From: Octopus sinensis
Taxonomy: Eukaryota
DNA length: 64,000 nucleotides
Direction: 5' to 3'
NCBI RefSeq assembly: GCF_006345805.1
Contig: NC_043000.1
Coordinates: 130,076,001 to 130,140,000 of the forward strand
Shown one piece after another: positions 25,701 to 37,818 of the stretch. How positions within the stretch are numbered: position 1 is the stretch's first letter; every line of letters begins with the position of its first letter. A program made the position numbers and the translations under genes. The notes under the pieces are model-generated. The model saw only the letters and a program-made list of their open reading frames with translations, did no database searches and was not told the DNA's origin.

Positions 25701-27303
25701 CATTTATCAAGAATAAAACTAATTACTTTATTTTGTTTTGTGATCATTTTTGTACCGTTTTTTGTTTGTTCTTTACTCGATATCTTGTTGTCATATCTAA
25801 CAGCCTTTGAATTTTAGTGAAAAAGAGAAATCTTCATTTGTTCAGATTTATGTTTATATCTGTCAATAAATGTATGATTGTAGTGAAAATTACAGTTTCC
25901 TCAAATGCTTTGGTATTGAACTAAACTTCTAGGAACGTCTTAATACTACATTTATTAAACGTTAACCATGATATCAAGTGATATGAGTGTGTGTGAGTGC
26001 GTGTGAAAGAAAGGAATTCAACCTTTAAAACTTTGGGCGCATAGCTGATGTGCCGATCAGTACCACAAATAAATTTGTAGTAATAAATTGTAATGGAAAT
26101 GTTTAAATTTGTTTTATATATTCGTAGTCTGTAAGTTTTGTAGTCATTATTAAGTAACATTTACTTTGAATCTTTAAAAGAAAATCATTTCACACAGCTT
26201 GCTAGTATCTCGAAGTAGCTGGGTTAATGGTAATAACTAATATAAAGAAATGTAAATGACCTCAGTAATGTAAAATAGTGTAATGAACAACTAGAGAGAC
26301 TGAACATCAGCATAAGACTATGATTTCTGAAAATGTAGCGTCGTAATGACAATAGAATCGAATTTAAGGAAAGAAAGTTCTGCATAAATAAACTATCAGG
26401 TCAGATGCATACATATTTATTTAAACTAAACTCTATTATTGTCGGGTCTTCACAGTTCCAAACGAGTATTAATAAAGCTAAAGTTACCGTTAGTTATTCA
26501 TTATCTCTTTCGTTCCTATGAATTTACCAATTTATTCTCTTAGAAACACAATTTAGTTATTAAGTTAAAGAAGGGAGTTTGTTATCGGTAAATTTTGTGG
26601 TTTATAATTATATGAACCGTTCGTATACTGTACCGTGTAGAAAATGCCTTCATCGACATTGTTACAACGGATATTAAGTAGAATATAACCTTCAGTTTTA
26701 AAGACATACTAAAATAATTAGATAAAGGTTTTTGATGTTTATCTAACCTATATGTTTTAGCAACCACTTTACAAAAGTAATAAAGAGAAAAAAAAAATAA
26801 AAACGAAGAAACTGAAACAGTGTTGTTAGCTGCACACTAAATGCATTAAGATGTCAAAATAATGTTTTATGCACTGAAATCAGCCAGTGGCAATGGAAGA
26901 AGGCATATGTTAGTAGTTTTATTGATCACAACAGTAAAAGTAGAAATAAGATGTTGAGTAGTCTCGTCTGCTAACAAAGTGAATATCTATATTAGAAAAA
27001 AAAAATAACAGGTGTTAGAAATATCAAGTTTCATTTTGTCTTACAATGTGTTGGAATTGAATTTGCTGTTTGTGAATGCATATAAACTTTTAAAATGTGT
27101 ACAAGAAATTCATTTCTCATTTAGGGACACATGTAATTGTTCCTTTTTAAAAGTAACTTCATTATCTGACAGGTTTCATAGTAAGCCTCATCATTTTTCT
27201 GAGGTGTTTTAACATAGCAATGGTCTGTCAAAATATATAACTTATTCATACATTTCTACAATCATAACAAGAGTGTTATTTCCGTAAAATTATATATTCT
27301 TTA

Positions 27304-27633
27304 GTGAGGGCGCGTGGCTTAGTGGTAGGGCATTCGGCTCATGATCGTAAGGTTGTGAGTTCGATTCCCGGCGACGCGTTGTGTCCTTGAGCAAGACACT
27401 TTATTTCACGTTGCTCCAGTCCACTCAGCTGGCAAAAATGAGTTGTACTTGTATTTCAAAGGGTCAGCCTTGTCACTCTCTGTGTCACGCTGATTATCCC
27501 CGAGAACTACGTTAAGGGTACACGTGTCTGTGGAATGCTCAGCCATTTGCACGTTAATTTCACGAGCAAGCTGTTCCGTTGATCGTATCAGCTGGGACCC
27601 TCGTCGTCGTAACCGGCGGAGTCTTTTTTTTAA
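27304..27633 (+). mobile_element. SINE family C, full length with 12-bp TSD
   Basis: Near-identical to 15739-16070; TSD ATATATTCTTTA at 27292-27303 and 27634-27645; poly-T 3' end. Confidence 0.95.
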
Positions 27634-27682
27634 ATATATTCTTTAAATCTCAGAATGAGATTGAAACAGTAATCGCTCGATA

Positions 27683-27750
27683 ATGTAAAGTATAGAAGCC
27701 ATCTAACCCAATGTGGTTAGCCATGATAAGATGGCTTCTATACTTTATAT
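27683..27750. other. 68-nt hairpin with 22-bp stem (pre-miRNA-like geometry)
   Basis: 27686-27704 and 27729-27747 form a perfect 19-bp inverted repeat extended by G.U, U-A and A-U pairs; 24-nt loop. The structure is seen directly; miRNA status is unproven. Confidence 0.5.
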
Positions 27751-27879
27751 GTTCTTTGTTTGATTTATAATTCCATGCAACTATCAAAAGTTTTAGAACC
27801 GACTGCCCAACGACAATAAATAAACAAAAATAGAAAAACAATAATAATTGCGGTTGCATTGCAAGCTTTAAAATCGAAA

Positions 27880-28348
27880 GCTATTGAAATAGTTTGATAT
27901 TTGATGTAGTTGAATTTCAAGTGGTCAAATTATAAATCTGTTAAACTATGAAATAAGTTTGAAACTGTTGAAATCCGGTTCAATTTTATCGCACTTGACT
28001 TCTAATATCATTGAGTATTAAAACCACGGAAATTATGAAACTATTGAAGTCTAATGCTGTTGAAACCTAATTTGTTAAATTCTAAAAAGAAAGACGTGTA
28101 ATGCGTTTGAGTAAATCAAGTCGAAAGTGTTTGAAATCTAAATAAGTGTACATCTAAAGTAATTGAAGTAGCTGAAATATATAAAACTTGAATTCCGAGG
28201 CTGCTGAATTCGAACACCACTGAGGTGTAAAACCATTGAAATATAAAGTGTGAAATATAATGTGTAGAGTCATTGAAGTTTAAAGGTGGTGAAATCTAAG
28301 ACTGTGGAAGTCAAAAGACTTTGCGCCATAAAGCCTGTTGAAATCTTG
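27880..28348. repeat. Decayed ~16-bp minisatellite (consensus near CTGTTGAAATCTAAAG)
   Basis: TGAA-type cores recur at 28205, 28221, 28237 and at 28274, 28290, 28306 (16-nt spacing). Confidence 0.6.
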
Positions 28349-29483
28349 CAAATGAATTCTACTCAAATATAAGAATAAGCGCCAGTGTTTTCCTTCAATG
28401 CCGAAATACGTGTATAGATGAATCTTATCTTAACGAATGGAGAAACATGTTAAAGGAAACTTGATACGACTGGTACTAGAAAAAGCACTTGAAATTTAAC
28501 TGCAAACAGCATTAGTGCATAAAGGTTTTGTTGTTCCAATGAATGATACCATAATGCAAAACTTTCACTCATTGAACCAAAAAGAGAGTCTTTGTAGACA
28601 TTCTACAAACTAGAAATAACAGCCAGCAATTCTCTCTCTTAAATCATACTGTGCTGTTTTTAATAAAAAAAGAAGAAGACATATTGTTACTGTAATTAGA
28701 TAAACCATGTATATAGACGTGATAGTTACAGCTACGATATAGCTTATCAAATGTCTAATCGTTCAGATCTAGTGTCATATGATATCTCTGTTATTGTATA
28801 CACCTCCAGACTGTCATCTTTTTTCTACGCTTTCATCTTTATAATACTCGCATTATATTATCATCTGTGATAAAAATTAAATCGAAAGAAACTATAGTTG
28901 TTCTGCGTTGGCAAGTCTTGTATTATTTAGAAAACCCAACAAAAAATATAGTGAACTTGCTTTGCGGAGTGAAAAATTCAACGTTTTAGATAGAGTCCTT
29001 ATTCAGGGAAAAGTTGATTGGAGTGAATTTTAATATTGTCACATGTAGCTCTACACATTTCTAAGTGAATGGTAATACTCTTTAATTAATCACCCTTCTT
29101 CAGTTAGGTAAGATTGTTACAACTCAACTCCACTTCCCATTATAATTGGGAAATTAGTCTCAGCTTGAAAACTGTGACAGTTTTGGGAGAAAATTCTATA
29201 CTATAGAACCTCTCATCTACAGAACACAGAAACTTAGAAAAAGAAATATGTATTCTTTTGTGTAAAAACTCATCACATCAACTCTCTCCAAACATTGGTA
29301 AAAAGTTAACTGTTAACTGTCTTCTTGTGAAATCTTGCTTTTCTGGATTTTGTAATTATCTAAGCTACTGCATTAAGTATGATACACTAATGGCTATTTT
29401 AATCTACTTCTATTATATACAGCTGGATTTTATTCAACCAAACGGTTACTTGTAACACCGGTGATTATTTATTCACTGTATTC

Positions 29484-29605
29484 GTATATATCGGAGAGAC
29501 GCATTTCGGCTAAACACACTATTGATAAATCCTAAAAGGGCAGAAATGCTTCGGCGTTCCCATTTGCCGCTGTTGGGACGAATTCTATCTCCTTCCGATA
29601 TATAC
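29484..29605 (-). other. Three-way-junction structure, possible hammerhead relic
   Basis: Outer arms GTATATATCGGA/TCCGATATATAC plus two internal hairpins; the minus strand has GAAA-TGCG-TC directly before the outer 3' arm, but the CUGANGA box is decayed (TAGAATT). Confidence 0.35.
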
Positions 29606-30998
29606 TTTGTGATTTTACATCCACCATATCCGCACTCTCAGACACTGTCCTAAATAATTTCCCAAATTTACCTTCCACACAACTGTGTCGTTCTTTTTCC
29701 AGAGCTCGTTTCTTGCAATCGTTTCTCTCCCTAGGAATACTTATACATACTGATGGGTATAGTACAGCATCGCCATTTACACTGTCTAAGGTAAGAGATT
29801 AGTAGTATAAAGAAAGCCTAATAAGTATTTACAAATATACCTTTAAAAAACAAACAAACAACTGTAATCATGTTAAGTAACACATAAATACAATCAAGAT
29901 ACACTACATTATTCCAGTAAAAGCCAATTTTCTGTCACGTTTCCATGATTAATTTTCTTATTTTAAAAAAAAATAAGTCCTGTGTTTGAATATTATCCTT
30001 TATTAAAGTACTCCTTAGTTGCCCTCTATATTAACACATATAATTTTTTGAAATTTTTTCTACACGGGAAAATAAAAAAAGGAAAATTGCTGTTGGGATT
30101 GTGTTCTGTAAGATTAATAATACTTTTACGGATGTTTTTATCGATTATACTTTTCTTTTTCCATTGTTATTTATTCTGCTGATAAAACTTTGAAAATTGT
30201 TTAAGTTAGAGGTTTGATTATTATATCATGTCTCACTTTCATGTTCGATAAATGAGGTTAACTGAATCAAATAGTTAGAAAAGGCTTAATTAGTTCATAG
30301 TGTGATTAATACTTGCTATCAAAGCATGTATTGACAATCGTATCTGTATTTCTATATATATTTAACCGAGGTTTAATAATTCGAAAGCACATTCTTTTGT
30401 AATATAAAATATACAATCAATTGTTAAATGTAGATAAGTCACCGACAAAATTTTATGGAAACATAATAATCTATTTTTGCAGGCGCACATACACACGCAC
30501 ACACGTGTAAATGTAATATGAATGCGAATACACATAAAATACCTTACATGTGTGCATGCATGTTGTATTTATATAATGTGTCTGTCAAGCCAGACACATT
30601 ATAAGGATATGATAATTCACACAATAATACGCTAATACATATATAAGCACCAACAGAAAACCTTCTGATACGTTCATTGTATGCATGCAAGCGTACTTGA
30701 TAAACATAAATACATCTATATAATGTTCATATATGTATGTATGTATGTATGTGTAACGTGTAGGCTGTCACATCTATTGCCGTAGGTAGAATATAATCTT
30801 TAATCAATTGAAATTCGAATCGTAGTGAGAAGTATGTTCGTTAGCGTAGGGAGTGAAACCATAAAATTAAAATTGATCACGAATTAAATCAAGATGTAGA
30901 AGAGTTGTCTTGGTTCTTAAATATCTTTTCATGTGTATGTGTATATTTATTTTCATATGTACGTGTTCATTTTTATTATGATTTTTTTTTTATCAGTG

Positions 30999-31064
<66 letters not shown>

Positions 31065-32005
31065 TCGCATTCACGTATACATACAAGCAAACATATAATC
31101 ATTCTTTGTTCATATACGTTATAAGTATCTAAACTTATAAATCGAATCATATTGATCCGATGATCCGATGCGATGTAAAAGAAAGCAAGAGATGGAATTC
31201 CACTAAACTAAGTTCTCTGTATAGTGAAATAAATGGAAGTGAGTGAAATACAAAAGAAGCGTCGATAGAATGAAATGAAATACTGTGGGACATGCAGTGT
31301 AGATTGATTTCATCTACTATAACATTGTAAATGTCAAGACAGAAATTTGCGACAAACAAGGAAATAGCGCTAACCTAAGTAATTTCCTTCTTTAAATGGC
31401 TTTGGGAGATTTTTTTTTCGTATTTCTTATTATATTCAGCGTGAATGATAAAATACAGATAAATTTTTAATACAAAAAAATATATATATTTGAGACGAGA
31501 AATTATATAAAATGTAAAGTAAGTTAAAAAAAACTGTTTAAAGATATATATATAAAATATACATAGATGAATAATATATATAGACACTTTATACCGCAGA
31601 GAATAAAATCCATATATACATTTGTGCAAAGCAGGCTTGTACATTACTATATACTTCTATCGATGATTCAGTATCCCTTTAGCTTGTAAAAAATACATGG
31701 TAGTCTAATATTCTTTTTACTTTGTTACAATGGTATTTTATATATCTTTACTATTATTTTTTTCCTGCTTATCCTATTTTATTCTGGATACTATTTATTA
31801 CATATAGTGTCTATTCATTCTTGAAGAAAATATAATCAAAGATGAGAAAATATTCATTGTCCCTACGAAACAGCGCAGTATGATGGTAATCCTGTTCACT
31901 TGCCTGGGTATACATAAATCAAACTCCCCGGGTGTCTCCAGCTGGTAGCAGTAAGAACGGTAGTCGAACAGCTATCTTGGAATCTTTGAGGCGTGACAGT
32001 CAACA

Positions 32006-32080
32006 ATGGGGGGAAGGATTGAAGCTGGGGTTGGAAAAGAATACCGTGAGAAGATGAGCGAAGACTGCGCTGAAGAGGAG
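32006..32080 (+). CDS. Candidate start-codon exon (MGGRIEAGVGKEYREKMSEDCAEEE)
   Basis: GC-richer island; ATG at 32006 and consensus donor GAG|GTAAGT at 32081 in phase 0; no homology recognised. Confidence 0.2.
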
Positions 32081-32317
32081 GTAAGTATTAAGAGAAGCCA
32101 AAGAATGAAGGGAAAAGGGGCGCTTTATGTAAATGCTGAAGAAACTCTCGAATTACTCTGCACTCAGACACACGTACATAAATATATAAGTATATAGGTA
32201 CGCACGCCTGTATGTGTGTGAGATTGTGCACATGTTTATAATTATTTGCAGATATTTGCACAAATATGCATGTATGACACATACAGTCACACGCAAATAG
32301 TTCCCTTTCTCTCTCTA

Positions 32318-32706
32318 CTCTTTTATTCTTTTACTTGTTTCCGTCATTTGATTGTGGCCAAGCTGGAGCACCACCTCGAAGGTTCTTTTAGTCGAACAAA
32401 TAAACCACAAGAGTTATTTATTAACTAAGTCTAGTACTTATTCTATCAGTCTCTTTTGCCGGGCCGCTGGATTATGGGTTATCAAGCGGTGATGGGGGAC
32501 AAACACAAAAGCACACATACACACACACACTCACACATATATACGAGGGGATTCTTCAAGTTTCTATTTTCCAAATCCACTCACAAGTCTTTGGTCGGCC
32601 CGGGGTTATACCAGAAGACACTCGCACAAAGTGCCACGCAGTGGGACTGAGCCCGGAACTATGTGGCTGAAAATTAAGCTACTTATCACACAGGCATCCC
32701 TGTGCC
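32318..32706 (-). mobile_element. SINE family B
   Basis: Matches the family B layout over its length. Confidence 0.9.
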
Positions 32707-32912
32707 TATACATACAGTCAGATATATAAATAGCATATATAAAGGAAAAACGATATTTATGCATATGAATATGTGTGTGACTGTATGTATCAAATATATG
32801 TGTATATATGTGTGTATGTATATGCACTGAGGTAAACAGATACAATTACACAGTGACACAGAATATAATGATACAGAAGATAGCTATAGCGTTAGCGGAT
32901 TGATAGAATTAA

Positions 32913-33145
32913 AAGCGGCGAGCTGGCAGAAACGTTAGCACGCCGGGCGAAATGCGTAGCCGTATTTCGTCTGCCGTTACATTCTGAGTTCAAATTCCGC
33001 AGAGGTCGACTTTGCCTTTCATCCTTTCGAGTCTATAAATTAAATACTAGTTACGCACTGGGATCGATTTAATCCGTTTGTCTGTCCTTGTTTGTCCTCT
33101 TTGTGTTTAGCCCCTTGTGGGTAGTAAAGAAATAGGTATTTCGTC
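32913..33145 (+). mobile_element. SINE family A (tail type 1), ending in the GGTATTTCGTC restart
   Basis: Near-identical to 3102-3345. Confidence 0.92.
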
Positions 33146-33164
33146 AGCCGCGGCGGTATCTCGT

Positions 33165-33274
33165 CCGGGTTCAGTCCCACATCGTGGAAACTTCTACAGA
33201 TGTCTTCTATATACCCTTGGGCCGACCAAAACCTTGTGAGTGGTTTTGGAAGACAGAAACTGAAAGAAACCTGT

Positions 33275-33275
<1 letters not shown>
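33165..33275 (+). mobile_element. Partial SINE family B (5' half)
   Basis: CCGGGTTCAGTCCCAC...GGGCCGACCAAAACCTTGTGAGTGG...GAAACTGAAAGAA. Confidence 0.8.
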
Positions 33276-33320
<45 letters not shown>

Positions 33321-33554
33321 TGTGTGTGTGTGTGTTTATATACGTATGCTTACGTACAATAGACGCATGCATATAGTTCCTTCATATATATGTGTGTGTG
33401 TTTGTAAACTAATAAAGATTTGTTTTTTTATTGGGAGCGTCGAAATGTGTATTGTACGATACAAATAGCAAGCCCCTTTTTCGAACGCAGAGTCGCCGTT
33501 GGAACGGCAGAAATACTGGGTTAATTACCCTTATAAGGCGTAACAATTTGTCAA

Positions 33555-33625
33555 CAATCAACCATGGGACTCGAATCCATATCCCTCAAAGACTCCACCT
33601 GAGTGCTTTACCATTAAGCTAACCT
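33555..33625 (-). mobile_element. tRNA-like head of a further SINE family (F)
   Basis: Minus strand reads TAGCTTAATGGTAAAGCA...GGATTCGAGTCCC (A and B boxes); no intact cloverleaf. Confidence 0.55.
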
Positions 33626-33670
33626 GCCCGTTGACAAATTCAACTGCCGAATTAGACACTAAACAATTTA

Positions 33671-33705
33671 GTTCTATAAAGCTAAACAATTTAGCTTTAT
33701 AGAAC
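33671..33705. repeat. 35-nt perfect palindrome (16-bp arms, 3-nt loop)
   Basis: GTTCTATAAAGCTAAA-caa-TTTAGCTTTATAGAAC. Confidence 0.92.
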
Positions 33706-33866
33706 AACCATGTGTGTATAAATATAAACACACACTCACACACACAGAAGAATTTTGCTTACAAATATGTTATATTAAGGACATGTTGGAGATTATTCTA
33801 GTGAGTGCCTATATGACAACAAAATACTCGCAAAGTTCTCACTCTTATCTCCTGAAAGATAAACGT

Positions 33867-33911
33867 ACAGTTTTGCTGAATTTCGGCTATGAAGCATCAT
33901 CAGAATGCTGT
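33867..33911 (-). ncRNA. Decayed type-I hammerhead-like motif
   Basis: Minus strand reads ACAGCATT-CTGATGA-T-GCT(tcat)AGC-C-GAAA-TTCAGC-AAAACTGT; core boxes intact, stems partly eroded. Confidence 0.45.
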
Positions 33912-34760
33912 TACGATAGATAAAATTGTCATCGCAAGATTTTACCGTCTAACTTCTTTGCACATCTATACATTATTCCACATATGCTGTCTTTGGCTTC
34001 GGTTTTGTATTTTACTATCGTGTATATAATTTTATATTACAAAAGTTAAATTTGCTTATCTGAAATGATTTATCTGTATATCATTTTCGAATTGTTAAAT
34101 CAGTATTAGCTCCCTTTCTGTTTATCGATCGCGTAATCATATCCAGTTTGGATGAGCCTTGTCCTACACTGCTAGAGCTGTTTTTGAATTTGTTATTGGT
34201 CAGTTCAATAATTTGTTCTGTAGATTACATCATTTACAATTAGTTTTACTACTGGTATCATCGTACGTAATTCATAAACTGTTATTTTAAACTTTGAGAC
34301 GCTAATTTCATTTTGATATATTCGAGAGTTTTATAGTTATATTTTCTTTTCTGATATCGGAAGAATATCATTTTCCATGTATTTATTTGTTACCTATTAT
34401 GTTGCTTTTATTTTTGTTCTACATTCTACTAGTGTGGACTATTTCATTCTGATGCCTGTATTTCTGTTACTGTTATATCGTTGAAAATTTACACAGTCTG
34501 CAGTCCAAACCAGATTATAGAAGAGATTTATTTGGGTTGAGCAATGACACACAATTTTCCCAATGAGCTTGCACATTCGTTGCGTATCCAGGAACCGTTT
34601 ATGGAAGGGACAGCACATTGGTTCACATTGTATTTACATATTTTATTCGGTAATTCCGAATGTCTTTCAGTTGGGACATTGCATTCCTTTTTTAAATATT
34701 GTGGAACGAGTTCATATCTTGCGTGCATTTAGATTTAACGTTTCGTTTATAGTTACCATA
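33912..34760 (-). pseudogene. Probable decayed Penelope-like element (GIY-YIG endonuclease region)
   Basis: With many stops and frameshifts: a Cys-rich segment, NC..DVIY, VGQG..L (GIY-YIG-like) and NHF...F.I...KE...I..Y...L-like C-terminus, ending in the HHR-like motif. Motif matches are loose. Confidence 0.4.
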
Positions 34761-34788
34761 TAGCCTTTCGCACTGCTACTGTCTGACA

Positions 34789-34823
<35 letters not shown>

Positions 34824-35887
34824 ACGTTTGTGTGTGTGCGTGTGTGTGTGTACTCATGAGTATGTATGGATAACCAATAAAGATTAGTATAGTAACTGGT
34901 TACTTATCGTAGTGAAATAAATCAGACACACCGTCAGAGAGATTGCCAGACACACATAATACATACACACATGCATGCACACACGTAAATAAGCTGACTT
35001 CTAAGAAAGCAAATCTTATGACAGACACAATAACATGTGTGTGTGTGTGTGTGTACATACGTGTGTGTGTGCGTTGCAAAGTGACTAAATCACACATTAC
35101 AATAAGTGAAAACAAAATAGAATCTATATGGAAATATCAAAGCGTAGTAAAACTATAAAAGACCACAGGAAATATATCAAATCTTAAAGTATAGGTGTAA
35201 TATAATTATGTTAAACAAACCCTAACCTTACAATACTTTATTGTATTACATACAAGTCTAATTTAATTTTGCGTCTATCTAAATCTCTCTGAGTAGACAT
35301 TTTGTTTTTCTTCTTTTTTCCTATGATACCATAAATTTTTAAATCAAATTGCTTGCCGTACTTATTTTGAGAATGGATCTCTTCCAGGATACCTAACACT
35401 TCAATTGCTACTGCACATATTTTTGTTGTTTGTACATTCATTTATTGTTTTCTTTTTTTTTTTTCTTAGCAGTTAATGTTGTTGTTGTTGCAAGTAACTA
35501 ATAGCTTTACTAGCAGCAGCGAAATGCCTAAAGGGACGGCTGAAACATTCATTTTTAAAATTCTAAATACGTTCAGTGAATTATGCTTCTTCTCGATTAT
35601 GCTTTTCATTATATTTTCTTTTCTTTCATTTGTCTATTGTGCTGCTGCTGTTGTTCTTATTACTATTATCATGGTTATGATTATTGATTTTGCTGTTGTT
35701 ATTGTTGGTCTTGCTGCTACGCTTTGAGATTATATTTTTCTTTCAAATTTAATTTTATTCATCTGTAGACATATACTCATCAAAATATGCGCGTGCATAA
35801 ACACTCCTCTATCTTTCATTCCTCCTTTCTTCTTCTTCTTCTTCTTCTTCTCAACATTGTGTATGTCTATACATACTTATATATGCA

Positions 35888-35944
<57 letters not shown>

Positions 35945-36124
35945 TTTACTTGTTTCAGTCATTAGACTGCAGCCATGCTGGGGCACCGCTTTGAATTTTT
36001 ACTCGAATGAATCGACCCCAGTGCTTATTTTTTAAGCCTGGCACTTATTATATCGGTCCATTTTTCCGAACCGTTAAACTACGTGGAGGCAAACTCACCA
36101 ATACCGGTTGTCAAAAGTGATGGG

Positions 36125-36175
<51 letters not shown>

Positions 36176-36178
36176 ATA

Positions 36179-36379
36179 GTTAATGCAAACAAGAAAACAC
36201 AAAAAACACAACAACGCGAGGACGTGGAACAAATATATATTGGACGCTCAGGAAAGAAGGAAAGAAGGAGGGTTTAACGTTTCGAACGGAGCTCTTCGTC
36301 GGAAACATAGCAGAAGGAAAGATCCAGGGAAGGGAAGACAGAGGAAAAAAAATCGCCAACGGTACACTCGCGGTCACAT
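36179..36379 (-). mobile_element. Family D hammerhead-bearing repeat (~200 bp; Penelope pLTR- or retrozyme-like)
   Basis: Homologous to 50734-50945 and 53121-53329; HHR-like motif at 36272-36306. Confidence 0.8.
36272..36306 (-). ncRNA. Minimal type-I hammerhead motif (core variant CCGACGA)
   Basis: GTTT-CCGACGA-A-GAGC(tcc)GTTC-GAAA-CG-TT-AAAC. Confidence 0.6.
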
Positions 36380-36935
36380 TTTGAAAATTATATACACACA
36401 CATATACGATGGTTTTATTTTCAGTTTCCGACTACCAAATCCACTCCCAAAGCTTTGGTCGGCCCAAGGTTTACAGTTAAAGATATTTGCCCAAGATGAC
36501 ACACAGTGGGACTGAACATGGAATCAAGTGGTTAGGAAGCTAGCTTCTTACCACAAAACCACTCCTAACCATACTTTAAAAAGATGCATGGTCTGGTGAT
36601 CATCACAGCGCGGGTTTGAACAGTAGACCGGGCGGCAAAGCGTTATAATTCACATTGTTCCACTCAGCACAAACTGAGCACCATCTTTGTGCTGGGTATA
36701 TATGTCCTCTCCTCACCATATCCGCGACGTTCTATTGAATTAATGGCAGCATTTTTGAGGCGTCTATATAGACACCAAAATTAATTAACAAATGTATGGT
36801 AGATGCCACCAGGTCATTCCTGCATCTAAAAGAAGCTATGATATTTTGTTTTATTTCTACTGGTTATATAGTGTGATTATTTTTCTTCATACTTGAGAAT
36901 TCTGTATAATGTATAATGTAATATATACCTAACAT

Positions 36936-37370
36936 AAGGTGGTGAGCTGGCAGATTCGTTAGCACACCCGGCGAAATGCCTAGAGGTATTTCGTCTGCTG
37001 TTACGTTCTGAGTTCAAATTCCACCGAGGTCAACTTTGCCTTGCATATTTTCGCGGTCGATAAATTAAGAACCAATGAAATTCTGGGGTCTATGTTATCG
37101 ACTAGTCTGCTCTCCCAAAACCTCAGTTCTTGTGCCAAGAATAGAAAGGATTAAGGCGGCGACCTAGCGAAAACGTTAGCACGCTGGGTGAAATTCTTAG
37201 CGGTATTTCGTCTGTCTTTATGTTCTGAATTCAAATTCCGCCGAGGTCGACTTAGCCTTTCTTCTCTTCAGGGTCGATAAATTAAGCACCAGTTGCGTAC
37301 TGGGGCCGATCTAATCGACTGGCATCCTCCCCAAAAATTTCGGGCCTATTGCCTAGAGTAGGAAAGAATA
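36936..37370 (+). mobile_element. Two tandem family A SINEs (tail type 2)
   Basis: Heads at 36936 and 37153; each ends with ...CTTGTGCC(A/T)AGA(A/G)TAG(A/G)AA. Confidence 0.9.
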
Positions 37371-37542
37371 TATACATGTCAAAGACAGAATCTTTATCTT
37401 TATATTTGAGCCAAACGGTATCGGTACCATTGATTAGAGTATAAAGAATGTTTGTGATTCGATTTCTTAGTCTTCTCTTCTGTCTCTTTGCGTTTCCGTG
37501 TGTGCTAGCACGCGTGACTGTTTGTGTGTGTATGTGCGTAGT

Positions 37543-37818
37543 GAAGGTGTCTGGCTCAGTGGTTCGGGCGTCGTGCTAACAATCGTGTCATGTATTCTTA
37601 AGCAAGACACTTTATTTCACGTTGCTCCCGTTCACCCAGCTGTAGAAACGAGTTTTAGTGCACTAGTACCGAGCAGAATCGGCGTTTGTCTTTCCCTTGG
37701 ACAACATCGGTGGCGTGGAGAGGGGCGATTGGTATGCATAGGAAACTGTCGAACTTGAGCCTCGGAGGGGAATTTGCTAGGTGCAATCTCATGGTCATTC
37801 GTGACCGAAATGGGTGTT
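37543..37818 (+). mobile_element. SINE family C, subfamily C2 (alternative tail)
   Basis: Shares GCAAGACACTTTATTTCACGTTGCTCC with family C; tail homologous to 62496-62826. Confidence 0.82.

Larger units (their letters stand above)
35943..36565 (-). mobile_element. SINE family B split by insertion of a family D unit into its internal microsatellite
   Basis: 3' part at 35943-36130 and 5' part at 36401-36565 flank the unrelated 36179-36379 segment. Confidence 0.85.

Noticed and set aside
34528-34728. C-type-lectin-like reading of the 66-aa Cys-rich minus-strand ORF
   Set aside because: There are no flanking splice sites, it stops immediately, and the surrounding frames fit a decayed retroelement better.
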